Assembly: GCA_049999805.1 (NCBI GenBank)
Contig: JBNGIO010005929.1
Location: forward strand, 1-57,039
Direction: 5' to 3'
Length of the DNA stretch: 57,039 bases
Source of the DNA: Folioceros fuciformis
Lineage: Eukaryota
Shown here: one piece after another, positions 1-14,600 of the stretch
Position numbering within the stretch: the first letter of the stretch is position 1
Layout: each line of letters begins with the position of its first letter
The notes under the pieces: generated by a model
Database searches by the model: none
The model's input: the letters and a program-made list of their open reading frames with translations, nothing else
Told to the model about the DNA's origin: nothing
Made by a program: the position numbers and the translations under genes

Positions 1-268
1 TGAGCTTCCACCACCGCTTGCACACAGTAGAGAAGCGAGCTTGCACGACGGCTGGAAGGAACAGCAGCACATTCTCCATCACAGATTCTGGAAGTTCCGC
101 CCAAATTTCACTCATCGCTATTGCCGGGGCTGGAGTAGAAAATGCCTCCTCCAGCAGAGTTAAACACATCATCGGCTGCTGTTTGGTATGGCTCTGAGAG
201 CGTGAAACCCCTTCGCGTCCTCCTGAGGCCACCACACTCGGAACAACAGCCCCCGGGACATCTGCCAT
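1..268 (-). CDS. F-box protein, 5' portion (runs off the window edge)
   Basis: Manual translation of the minus strand from ATG 268 (in-frame TGA just upstream) gives MADVPGAVVPSVVASGG...AMSEIWAELPESVMENVLLFLPAVVQARFSTVCKRWWKL, matching the F-box consensus LP.E....IL..LP......r...VCK.W. Absent from the ORF track because there is no stop inside the window. Confidence 0.85.
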   Translation of the reverse strand, partial: MADVPGAVVPSVVASGGREGVSRSQSHTKQQPMMCLTLLEEAFSTPAPAIAMSEIWAELPESVMENVLLFLPAVVQARFSTVCKRWWKL

Positions 269-875
269 CGTCCCGGTTCAAAACCCAAGCCGCAGAGTCT
301 CCGGCGCTGAGGCAGGGCTCTTCTGGAGCGAAGACCCTCGAGGCTTAAACGATTCTGCAGCACAGCGAGAGAGAGCAGGAATCGATACCGCTCAAGGCGG
401 ACACGCAGCAAGACCAAGATAGTTCCAATGAAGTGCCCAGGTCGCCATCGCAGATGAATGCGGGGCACAGGCGGCTGTCCTCTTGCAAAGCAAAGAAGAC
501 GGTAGACGGGGCACCTTAGGGGAAACCCATCAGTCACGGGGAAGGCGTCCGTTTCAGACGTACATACCAGCCTGCAGTAGCATAATCAACCCGCACTCCA
601 CGGAAATGAGCACTTGCGGAGGACACAATGGAGATTCAAAATTGCTGACTTTATTTTTTTCCAATTACAGAGGATGAATAGGGCAATGGAGCGTCCCCAA
701 GAAGGACACTGGTGGAAGCATTGTATGGGATGGTTGAATCAACAATCTGAAGTATATGTACACTCTTTGAACAGAAGCAGCCCCTGTGTTACCAACTGTG
801 GATGAAACGCATCCACGAGATCTCTTGCCACAGGGGGGACAATGGTGAGCCCCATGAAGAACTCGAGGAAATAGC

Positions 876-3800
876 CTAATCCAGCACGGGGGCCAATCCT
901 GTACATAGGTGTGCTAGCAATCTTTGGTACTGACCGTAGTATTCACAGACGGCTTGCACATCTTCCCGCTGTCTATTCAAGTCTCCGGGCAAGTCTAGCA
1001 GATCAGCTCCAGCTCCACCGCCGCTGGGATCACCACTAAATAGTTCTGTTCCCTTCAACTTTGCCGCTGTGGACGATCGAGCAATGCCCTTCCCCTCATG
1101 GCAAGCAAGCAAGAACATGGCTGCTGTGTCTGGCAGCTGAGCATTGCGTAGAGTTGCCAAGGCCTCCGAAAGAGCCCCAGCAGACACGAATAGTGTCGTA
1201 GCCCTGCACAGGTTGGTAGGTGGAATCAGCATGTAGATACATAGTGGTCTGCAGAGGGATCCGAGACAAGGCCGCGAGCTTACCTCCATAGGTTGTGCTC
1301 ATTATGAAGAACATGCTCTCCCCACCTCTCCAACACCCTGCACACAGACCACTTAAGTTCAGGCACACGTCACATGGAATACCACACAGATGGATCACTT
1401 GGAAAACTGGGTGTCAACACCAACCTGGCATGGTCCGATCCACTGAGATGGGCAGCTGCAAGAGTGGCAGCATCAACCCACCGTCCAGCATCTTGAAGCT
1501 ATATACCAAGTCGTGTCTGCATTAGGGTAGCGTGAAACAAATCAAGACGAACATTGAGCAAAAACTTCAGTCAGATCTGTGTAGCTAACCTGAGAACATG
1601 CTTCCTGATAACGGCCGACAGCACAAAGGAGATGGGTGCCTGACAATGAGTCTGGCGTGGCCACCATGTTTGCTGCCACCACCTAGGCATCCACAACAGA
1701 AATCCCTCATGAGGACACTCAGGACCAACCACTGACGCCATCAAGCTGTGGGTAAAAAAGTGCTAATGCAACGCTAAAGTCACTCTGAGCACTGCGGTAT
1801 CCCATCTACCTATGGGACATTACCTTAACTGCAAGCTCATGCATTGCTGGCGAAACGGCTGATGCCAGAGCAACTGCTCGAAGGGCATCCACATAAAAAT
1901 GAGTGTTGTCCGGAGGAGTTGCTAGCAAAAGTGTAACGGCATTCTCAAAATCTCCCACAGATACGTACCTGTAAAGAAAATATTTGACCATGTCAGGATT
2001 ATGAGATCATATTCCTTACATGCGTTGTCACAACATCCCTTTGCCCCTAAACCATGAAGCCCTGCCCCAGCAGAAAAGTATACTTTCAGCACCCTCTACC
2101 AAACAAATTATTTGGACAGTCATACTCGTGAATTCTCTTCTGAGCAGCTTCATCACCCACAAGCTTGTCATGCCACGAAATGCGCTCCCGAGCAACAGTA
2201 CAAACAGCACCTTGCTCACTTGGTACCGCGGCCGCAAATCCGGAAGGCTGTCCAAACCAGAAAGAATTAGTGGTTGAGAGGACAGTGCTCAGTCACTGTA
2301 ACACCAGACAATATCACCAACATCCAATATGACTCTCTACACATGGACACAGAGAAGGTAAAATGGAAAGAGAGAGGGCCCTACGAGTTTTAGTAATGAG
2401 GAAGGTGTGGAGATGACTGCTGGTTTGGTTGCGGTCGTATGCCCCTTAAAGGCAGAGGCACCGTGGATGTTGTTGCTGCCATTCATGTCATGAGATGGAC
2501 TCCCTGGGCCTGAATCTTCTTGAGGAGAGGCAACAGGGGACTTGACCCAAAAAGCGGCGGGACCAGCAGACCCCGCACTGAGAAGGGCTAATGCCTTTGG
2601 AAGTTGAAGCCAGAACATGGCTTCCTGATAATCTCCGAAGTGAGCGGCAACAAAAGCAAACCGTGCTGCACATCCCTGTCCGCATACTGCAGCATACGCG
2701 ACTGCTCTTTCGTAATCCATTAACCGAGCTGGTAACATATACAAAGATTAGCACCTTTTGAAATAAACGAACTTTAGCTCCACTCATCTGACAGGAGTAT
2801 TAAGGGCAGAACATGCTTGCCAGCCTTCCGATATGGCTCCAGGGCTTTCAGTAACACTTCTGCAACAACTGTCTCTCCAAGAACAGGAAGCGATGTATCC
2901 AGCAAGAACTGTCGAAGATCCCCTGCATGTGGATCTGATGATCGGCCACCATTGTCACTGTCAAAAGCTGAAGAAGACGCATCAAACCAGAAAGGCTGCA
3001 CCCCTTGCTGCAGAAGCATTCGTAAAGCCTGAAGCCAAATACCATTCTGTTAATTCATACCAATGCAGAGAGTAAAAAATCTTAAATAAAAATTTCAAGA
3101 CTCCCACTGTCTCTAACTTCTATCGTTCCTGTGGGAATATCCTGGACAGGGAGAGATTGGAGTACCAAAGCATGAGGAGGTGGAAGCAATGCTGGGGAGC
3201 ACAGGGGCATGGGACGATATCGCTCCCACACTGTCAGAGGTCCGGCTCCCTGGCTGGATTTCAGTGAAGCTGTAGGAGAACTGCACAGCAGAGACACAGA
3301 TTGGGCACTTGATAGTGGGAAATCTGGAGACTGCAGTTATTTGAGCTGCTTCCTTACTTTTGAACCTCAAGAAGGCGAAAACTGCCATCTGCACCAGCAA
3401 CACACAAAAAGAGTGGTTCCCGCTTATCAAAGCGGATAGGCAGCCAATCAAGCTCAAGCACAAGAATGCCTGCAAGCTGGGGTTGTACAAGTGCATTCGC
3501 TAGAGGATCTTGTGAATCCTGCAGTAAGACATAAAAGTCAATACTCCATAACCAAACAAAGGCACGGATTTTCCGGAAAACAAAACCCAGGAAGACTTTC
3601 ACGTACAAGATCATAAATTGCAAAATTGTGCTCATTGAAGAGAACAGCAATTCGTCCTCTGCTCTGGTCCCCAATAGAGACGGGGGCAAATTTTATGCGC
3701 CTGACACCACCTTGGTGAGTGCTAAACCAAGAAGACAGGCCAGTTGTAACGTCCCACCAACGAATATTACCTAAACGATCTCCCATAACCTAATATACGG

Positions 3801-6800
3801 AACACCTTCAAACTGACTGTTATCAAACTCGCAGAAATAGGTGCCAGAAGCCAACTTTTCAAGCAATCTGGAGGAGGAAAAACGAGGTCATAGACAGACG
3901 GTAAAATACCACATGGGGCATACGATAGGCCATTGCAGTGACTAAGACTTCTGCAGATGCGAATGAGGATGCTGCTTTAGGCCTGCAAGACATCCAAAAA
4001 CAGACAGTTAAACATTTTCGATTTCAACAAGTGCCGCACTGGGTCGGGTAACCAGCTGAAACAAGCACGCATTATTTTTGCTCACATACTACAGAACGAC
4101 AAAGTGCTCTTAAAGTGCAAGTCTACAGCAAAACGAACAAGAATCAAAGCACTGCACCTGAAATCTCTAACCCTTCTTCCTCGCAACTCAAACACCCCAA
4201 GAGAACCATTTACCAACGCAAAAGCAAAGCTCTCGGCAGTTTCATCAGGCACAGCATCTGATGGTGCACAGTGGGTCAAAAGTGGGCACTAGAGGGACAG
4301 AAAGGAACAAGAGACTCTAAGACGTACAAGTGCATAAAATTTGCTCATCCACGAGATAGCAAACAGACCTGCTCCAGTACTCGGTGCTCCAGGGCTAGAT
4401 GGAGCATTAGCAGCGGCAACTGTAGATGCAACGGTTGGCCGCTCACGGTAAGTGAGTGAGACTCTGCGGCCTGAGGTTGTGCCACCTGTGGTGGATGGGG
4501 CCTTTGGTGCTGGAGGAAGGGCCCATTCCATCACAGTGAAAGGGAGCGCCAAAGATCGAAGCTAAACAGAATAAACTGGTTCAGGAATACATATCCGAAG
4601 AGGCAAGCCACTGAGAAGTTCAGCAAGGAAAAAACACCGTTATTCAGCAGGAAAGAGCTGATTGGACGGAGGCATGGATCCATGTCAGCCTACCATCTGT
4701 GGCGTCCTTGTCATGGCCCACACCTCAGCTGGTGCTTCTCGAAACAAGATCAGCAGATACCTGCCCTATCGCAGACATATAATACGAGAAAGAATTGATA
4801 CACATAGCGCCTAAACAGATTCTTGCCACCCAACATGTGACAAAAGAAGTTAATCAAACCACCTGTACCAAGATTGCAACAAAATCTACAGTTCTCTACC
4901 TTCCAGAAGGAGACGTCCGTAAAGCACGCATTGGTGCACGCTCAGGCTTCAGCAAAACTCGAAAAGCTTTGCTTTGCCCACTCCGTACACACGTTACCAT
5001 TAGCTTATTGATGAATCCACCACCCTTACCTTTCACCTGCAAAATCGAACACCCCCATATTTCAATTTGTAGGGCATTGCGTCCTGCAAGCAGTGAATCA
5101 CAGTTTTGATCCTGCAGCACATGTGCACGAAGAGCATCAGAGATCTTTTTTAACGTAACCTCAGTATAGGAGAAAGACACAAGCCGGGAGTTCCCCAGCC
5201 ACCGAACACCCCGCACGATGGTGGTGTTGTGCACAGCAAACGAGGCTGTTATCGCATTTGCCGCTGGGTCCACTAACTCTAGGGTCCCTGCTTGAGTAGC
5301 CAATGCTACAAGGGGTGCTGCTACTGCCCCAGCATTAGAACCACCTGAGCCATAGAAATAATGGTCGTGTGAGAAGGCGTTTTGGATCAGCTGTGAAGCA
5401 CAACAACTCAACTGGATGTTTCAACAAGCTCTGGGTTTACCAGGAGTTGTGGCAAGGAGGGAAGGCACCGGTACTGCCAAGGTGGTTATTGCAGAAGCCA
5501 ACAGATGTAGCTGGCCTGTCAGCTCCAGCTATTGAGAAGATCAGATAATTGTGAGAAAGGAGCAAACTAAGTAGTGCTGTAGGATTACCCAGTTATAAGT
5601 CCTGAAGGCCTACGACATTGAACAAGAGCAAATTCTGCATTGAAGAAAGACAACGTTTCCAACCACACCTTGAGCACTGGATCAGGACCAGAAGAAGAAC
5701 CACTGCCATCCTGCTTATTTTGCTGCCCGGTCCCCTCACTTGATTGTGCAGAAGACGCAACAAGATCCTTCCCACTACCAGTCCTTCGGACTTGTGCACT
5801 CTGCGGCATAGTGGCAGTCATGGCCCAATGCCATAGTCGTCCATCATCGGAAATCGACACGAACGTAACTTGGCTGATGATGCTCGTTTCATCTGTTTGA
5901 CCCGATGTAGCAGAGTCCAGTTTGTCGTCCGATGTATCAGCAGGAGATTTCCCTGAGGGAGACGAGGCATCGCCAGTGCGTGGGTGCATAAGCTTCAGCA
6001 CAGGCACACCGTCAGGAGCGTTGACATTCTGCACGCGAAGCTGTACTGGGCAATTAGCCACAGCAAGCACAACTGGAGCGGGAACCGACGTGCCCAAAGA
6101 AGGCATCAGGGACTCCATCTGGCAGAGCGAAAAGACTTGCCTCGCCCTGCAAGCGAGGACACACAAACATTTAGTGGGGACACCATCTCAGAATAACCCC
6201 ACCAACTGAGCACGTGAAAGCTTTCACAGCAGCGATCATACAGAACTCCGTCTAAGGACAGGCAAGCCAAGTCAGCCCATCAGGTCCTTACTCTTTCCTT
6301 CTCCAGGCACTGATCTTTCCATCAACGTGGACGCAGTAGAGGATCTCATCATCCACAATTGCGAACAAGTCAAGGAGCTTCCCACATCCTCGTGGCATTC
6401 CCGTAGAACCGAGTGGCAAGAAGAAGTGCAGATCAAAGACGATGATCTCCCTTGCATGCATGATGTAAAGGAGACCTCTCGTCCTCTCAGAGAACAAACA
6501 GCGTACATATACACCGGGAGTCGATGCCAAAGCCGGGGCTCCAGACGACGAGGACCCCGAGCTAGAACCACCCGAGGTACTCGCATCCTTGCCTCCTCTG
6601 TCCTTTTCACNNNNNNNNNNNNNNNNNNNNNNNNNNNNNNNNNNNNNNNNNNNNNNNNNNNNNNNNNNNNNNNNNNNNNNNNNNNNNNNNNNNNNNNNNN
6701 NNNNNNNNNNCCCACACCACCCCCAGTACTCCGCTCCTCGATCGTCCCAAGAGGATATTGCTTCACAGACACCTCCCCATCAGCCGGAGCGTTGAGAAAA

Positions 6801-7387
6801 ATAGACAGCAGCAACCCCTTCAACCCCAAAACGCAGATCTGCCGGGCATCCAGCGGGTCGCACCGCATACAGCCTAAAACCTCTGGAGCAGCATCGAACT
6901 TCCACAGCGAGCGCCCAGACCCTGGATCCCACAGCACGACGAGCGAAGGGCCATGAATGGCCATCACAAGCCAGGGATGCCCGAACACCCACCGAATGTC
7001 CTGTATCCCGAGCTTGTTCTTCTCCTGGTCGACCCCGAGCCAGGTCACCACTTCCCCCAACCCGACATCCCAAATGGCGATCCTGCCCTGCCTGTCCCCC
7101 GCGGCCACCCTCGTATGCATCGAAACTCCATCGTGCGTCAGATCCCTGGCAATCCCCTCCGGCGTCCACTGCACGGCGGTGACGTAAGCGGCGGGCGCAG
7201 AGGGCGTGCTGCGGGGGGGAGGCATCGGCAGCACCGTCACCAGCTGCATGGAGCGGACATCAATCACCACCACAGAGCTCCCGGCCGCGTACGCCAGCAG
7301 CCCGTGCGAGCTGCAGTGAGCCGCGCCACCGTTCTCCTTGCTCGCCGGCGCGGCCAGCCCTGCCCCGGCGCCTAGGCTGCCAGTCAT
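876..7387 (-). CDS. WDR11: WD40-repeat protein, WDR11 homologue (multi-exon)
   Basis: Successive minus-strand exons with GT/GC-AG borders: GLLAYAAGSSVVVID..AAGDRQGRIAIWD; VRGVRWLGNSRLVSFS; MGDRLGNIRWWDVTTG; LVLELDWLP; ERISWHDKL..KRIHE; AVTLLLATPP..FYVDALRAVALASAVS; LPDTAAMFLLAC. ATG 7387, TAG 876-878. Exon 1 contains an assembly gap. Confidence 0.9.
6611..6710. other. Assembly gap (100 N) inside WDR11 exon 1
   Basis: Run of exactly 100 N. The apparent frame change across it is a placeholder artefact. Confidence 0.99.
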
Positions 7388-8474
7388 CCTTCCAGACCCG
7401 GATTCCGATTCCGCCTACCGCCGTGGCTCATAGAATCGCGCTGATCCTGAGACGCGGACTCGGCGAGCTCGGATTCGCCCTCTCCTCTCGCCTGACGCTC
7501 CGTGCAGACGACATTGAAGGATTCAGGAACAAGAATCTGCGCGCCGGGCAGTTGCGAGAACCCGCAATCCCAAGCGTCTGGCTTGGATCCCGTCTCCTCC
7601 CGATGGCCAAAGCTGGGAAGCCGGAGGTTGCTCGGAAACTGCCGCGAACCTGCCAGCAAGGCCCGCTGTTCATCATCCCCTCACCAGGCTTCCTGGCTCA
7701 CTTCATCCTGCTCCTAGGAGGCTCGAATCCACGGCTTTCCTGAGATCCAGAGAGACAGAGGCCAGCCAGCTCCACCGTTACGCTCGACGCGTACCTTGCC
7801 CTAGGACGCTCCTTGAGGGACCCGGAGTCTCCATGATTGCACGGCTTACCAATTCCATTTTCCCTCTGCCATTTTCTTCCCTCCCGCAAAAATTCCAAGT
7901 GTAGCGCGGAATTGAATTGGTCAAGGCAAGGTGCTTTCCCGACACACGTGTGTCCCAGCCCAGTCCCAGGCCCAGGAGATGGAAAAACAAACGTCCTAGT
8001 CTCCGCCAAAGAAGGGTACAGTACAGTACTGTTTGTAACACCCGACCATACGTTTTAGGATATCTAGGTTACAAAGAAATTACAATACACCACAACAGAC
8101 TGGACATCATCAGGCGGAATAACGTCAAACCACATTGGACAGTTAACACGATTCTCTCCTATCGTTGGCATATGAAGTTTTCTTTCCGACCCATGTTGCG
8201 TACCAACTTCTTACAGGACGGAATCCTCGCACCACCCAGCAGGGTTGACTGCAGTATAGCCACAAATGACCTACCCTGACATCTAGCTTCACCACCATCC
8301 TAATAGTAAGTAAACTACCACAATGCCCATACACAGCTAGACTCCTACACTCGTACACCTCTGCAACGTATAAATTAATTTCGACAAATTCCATACTTCC
8401 AAAGAATGATGAAGAACACGTACACGCCTTCGGGACCTCCAACGGTCCACCTGCCGATCTGAGACACGCCGGCC

Positions 8475-10464
<1,990 letters not shown>

Positions 10465-11143
10465 GGCGGCACCTCCCGTGCGGCAACCGCACGTCATACA
10501 GCCGCAACAGGACTACCAATCCTCCAAAATTCTCCCCCTCCCGTTGCACGCAAATCAGAGCTGCATACACAACCAGCAATCGAGCTGCGCTCCAAGGCCA
10601 GAACACCTTCAAATGAGATCTCCAGGAGCGCCGATCGCTCGCCCTGCCACCCGCCACTGCCCGAGGAAGAGACCTGGCCGGGAATGCAAGATTGTCAAAC
10701 ACAGCACGCCCGAGGCGGCCCCGAAATCACTAAGAGTCACATCGCGCCTGCTTTGCGAAGCGGCAGCGCCGAAGCCCAGAATTCCTTCCCTCGCAAAGCC
10801 CGGAGCAGAGAAGCAAGGCCGTGACCGCGCGAACGAGGCCGCGGCAGTCCAGACAAGCCGTGGGCAATCCGTGAAGACGACAGTAAGGCTGCAAAGGCAC
10901 AAGACATGGAAATTTACCTCTGAAACGAATTTGCCAACAGTCTAAGAAATTTCTCGCCAACTCACGCTCACACATGGCAGAACATTTCAGTCCACTAGTT
11001 CTTTATCAAAAAGACAACACTAAAATACATATATATTTCTTCCTGTGGGTACCACATATAGACGTAACTTCTAAAAAAACAAATTCAGTGAATGCCATCA
11101 GGCTCTCCACGGAGTAAATCACCGACGGTCAAAAACGCACGTG

Positions 11144-11251
11144 GGAAGCACGCCATCCCAAGGAAGCACGCCATCCCAAGGAAGCCCGCCATCCCAAGGA
11201 AGCCCGCCATCCCAAGGAAGCACACGACCACAAGGAAGCATGAGATCCCAG
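11144..11251. repeat. 18-bp tandem minisatellite, 6 copies
   Basis: Unit GGAAGC(A/C)CGCCATCCCAA four times near-perfect (11144-11215), plus two degenerate copies. Confidence 0.95.
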
Positions 11252-11681
11252 GCAAGCAGTGATGCCTGTCGAGGAAGTGAGAAAATTACGCGTCCTTAGC
11301 TGGAAGCGGAGACAGAGGGAGTTCCTCTTGAGGCTTCAAGGTTAGGTGCAATACGGGCCTGAGAAACTTGACAAGTATTTGCGTCCCGCCTGTGGTTGCG
11401 GCAGATCGACCTCTGGCCAGGAGCAGCCAGCGCTGATGATCATCTGTGCGCGAGGTGCAGAGCCCTGCACTTTTCAAGTGTCTCGACTCAGGTGATGCGC
11501 AGCCCTGACGAGAGCCGTACACCATAAACCTTCCAACCATTTCCCTGTTCATGCCGTGACTCCTGCGTCTGCTCACATCACTTGCCGGTGAGCTCGAAGG
11601 TAGCTGAAGCTTGCGCATGAATGGACGCAAGGCAGGTCTGTACAAGATTGTTCTCGGCATGTATGGCACATTACAGTAGTT

Positions 11682-14600
11682 CTATACTTTGGGCAGCTCC
11701 TTATTTAGGTTCCTTACGGTTTCGTAAATTCGGGCACTGTGACGGTGTCTTGAGTCGCGTACCATGAACGAATGTACTTCCTGTTCATGCTCGATCCAGC
11801 TTTGCCCAGGCCTCTTCCACGTACCCCAGAGTCGTCTCAACTCATCCACCTCCTCGGCTGACTCCCACATTCCAGCATGGGCGTAGATATTCGTCATGAG
11901 TACATACGGCGCAGCTTCTTTGGGCTGTAGCTCCAAGGCAGAATCAAACGCTTGTCTTGCGAGGGAGATGTTGCCATGTTTGCAGCAGGCACCAAGTAAG
12001 GACAACCACATGGACCAATTAGGAGGCATGGGCATTTCCGATAACAAAGAAGCTGCCTCGCTCAGCAGACCTGCCCGACTGAGGAGGTCGAGCATGCTCG
12101 CATAGTGCTCTATTGCAGGAGTGACGTTGTACTCTTTGGTCATCAGTTTGAAGTAATCAAGGCCCTGATCCACCCTGCCAGCGTGGCTGCAGGCAGACAG
12201 GAGTGAGACGAAAGTGATTCCATCTGGTTGGAGGCCATCCTTTTGCATCTGCAAGAAGCATGCCACTGTCATGTCTGCGTCCCCTTGCTGCGCATATCCG
12301 GTGACCAAAGCATTCCAGGACACCACATCGTGTTGGGGCATTGAGTCGAACACTGCGTGCGCATCCAACATGCTCCCGCAGTTGGCATAGGCGTGTATGA
12401 GGGCAGTTGCCAGAGCGAGGCTCGATGTGCATCCACCAGCAGCAATATCACGATGAATTTGCACACACATATCCAGGGCTCCAGTATTGCTGCAAGCTTT
12501 AAGTATGCCAATGAATGTGAACTCATCTGGGCTTACACCTTCTAACTCCATCTGTCGAAAGAGCAGCCCAACCATGTCGTCCTGATTCTGCTCGGCGTAT
12601 GCAGCAATCAGGGCATTCCAACATACCACGTTCCTCTCAGGCAGCCTGTCAAAAGCGTGTTGGGCATCGACCACGCTTCCACACTTGGCATATGCATTGA
12701 TGAGTCTGCCAGCAACAGACACATCTAACTTGTTGCCCCAACGACTTGCTTCGGCATGAATGGCCTTCCCCCGTTGAAGAGATTCAACCTTGAAGGCTTG
12801 CCCATCTATTTTGGTGCTCTCTTCCCTTTCTGAAAGGCTGCTGCATGCCTGGAGGACACCTGCGAAGGTGCGTTCGTCTGGCCAGAAGCCGTCATCCAGC
12901 ATTTGAGCAAAAAGGTCCAGAGCGATCCCTTCTTGATCCTGCTGGGCGTAACCTGTGATCAAGACATTAAATGATACCACATTACGTTGCAACAGCCTGT
13001 CAAATACAAATTGTGCATCTTCGATGCTGTTACACTTGGCATACAAACTGATGAGGCTGTTACCCACGAACGAGTCATTTTCGTAAGCCCTCCCAGCAGC
13101 TTCTGAATGGATGGTTTTCCCCTTTTGAAGTGATCCTACTTTGACAAACCGCCCATCTATCAGCACCCCATCATCCAAATTGGTTAGGCTCGCAAACGCT
13201 TTCAGCACAGAAGCAAATGTCCTGTCATTGGGTTCAAGGCCTTGATCCAGCATAACGCTAGATAGCTCCAACACTTCCTTTGCCTGTCCGGCATGGGCAT
13301 ATCCTGCAAGCAACGCATTCCAAGACACCACGTTCTGCTGGGACAATTGGTCAAACAACTGGTGCGCTTGGGAGATGCTCCCACACTTCGCATAAATGCT
13401 CACGAGGGTATTACCTACAAAGATGTCTGATTCAAAACCTCTTGATGCGGCTTCAGCATGTAGTTCCTTCACTCTTCGCAGCCACTCAACTTTGATGGGT
13501 TGTCCATCCAAGGAAGTGCCTTCATCCATATCTGCCATATTTCCACAAGCTTGAAGCACACTGACTATTGTCCGTTCATTTGGACTGGTTCCTTCCTTTA
13601 GCATCTGGCCGTAGCATTCTAACGCTTTCTCTCCACTAGACTGTTGAGCATACCCTGCGATCATTGCATTCCACGAAACCACATCTCGTTGGGACAATGA
13701 ATTGAACACTAACTCTGCATCTGTTAGGCTGCCGCACTTGGTGTACAAACTAACCAGCGTGTTACCAACTAAACCATCCCACCCATATCCCTGCACAACA
13801 GCTTCTGCATGGATTGCCTTGCCCCTCTCCAGTGAAGTCAACCTGATACTTCGCCCCTCTACAAGCGCGCTTTCCTCCTTGCCGGCAAGGTTGCTACATG
13901 CTCTCAAGATGCTGACAAAGGTACAAGGATCTGGTTTGACATCCTCCTTTTGCATTCGGAGGAACAACATCAGGGCATTCTCGTGTTGTCCCTGCTGTAC
14001 ATACCCTGTAGACATTGCATTCCATACTAGTGTAACGTGCCGTGGCGATGCATCAAATACATGCCTTGCATGATGAATGCTACCACAGTTGGCATACATA
14101 CCAATAAGAGTGCTGTAGAATACTACAGAATTCGCGTCCATCCCTACAGTAGCGGCCGCTGCAGCAGCGGCATGTATTGCCATCCCTGTTTGAAGCGACG
14201 TCACTTTGATGGACTCCCCATCTATGGAAAGGGATTCCTCCTTCTCTGCAAGACTATTACATGCTTGAAGGGCGCCGACAAAGGTCCAGACATCTGGAAG
14301 CACAGCTTCTTCTTGCATCTGGTTATACAGTAGCAAAGCCTTCTCCGGCTGGGCCTGATGACAATAACCTGCAAGCATCGCGTTCCATGTTATTACATCG
14401 GTTTCGAACAATTCGTCGAATACATGTTGAGCATCCAAGATGGCCCCACACTTTGCATACATGCTAACAAGAGTGCTACCAACAAAGACATCTGTTGTAT
14501 AACCCCACACAGCAGCTTGAGCATGAAATGCCTTGCCCTTTTGTAAAGAGAATAGTTTGGTGGCGCAACCATTCACAAAAACTTCTTCTTCTTTGTCTGC

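Noticed and set aside
142-537. ORFs 142..348 (+) and 169..537 (-)
   Set aside because: No recognisable protein features; the region is explained by the F-box frame starting at 268 on the minus strand.
6272-6710. Apparent frameshift in WDR11 exon 1
   Set aside because: It coincides with the 100-N placeholder gap, so it is not evidence of pseudogenisation.
11144-11251. CRISPR-like appearance of short direct repeats (also 52412-52521)
   Set aside because: Units are contiguous with no unique spacers, no cas genes are present and the context is eukaryotic.
11286-11681. ORF in frame just after the long PPR's stop codon, considered as a read-through DYW domain
   Set aside because: It has no HxE, CxxC or other DYW motif.
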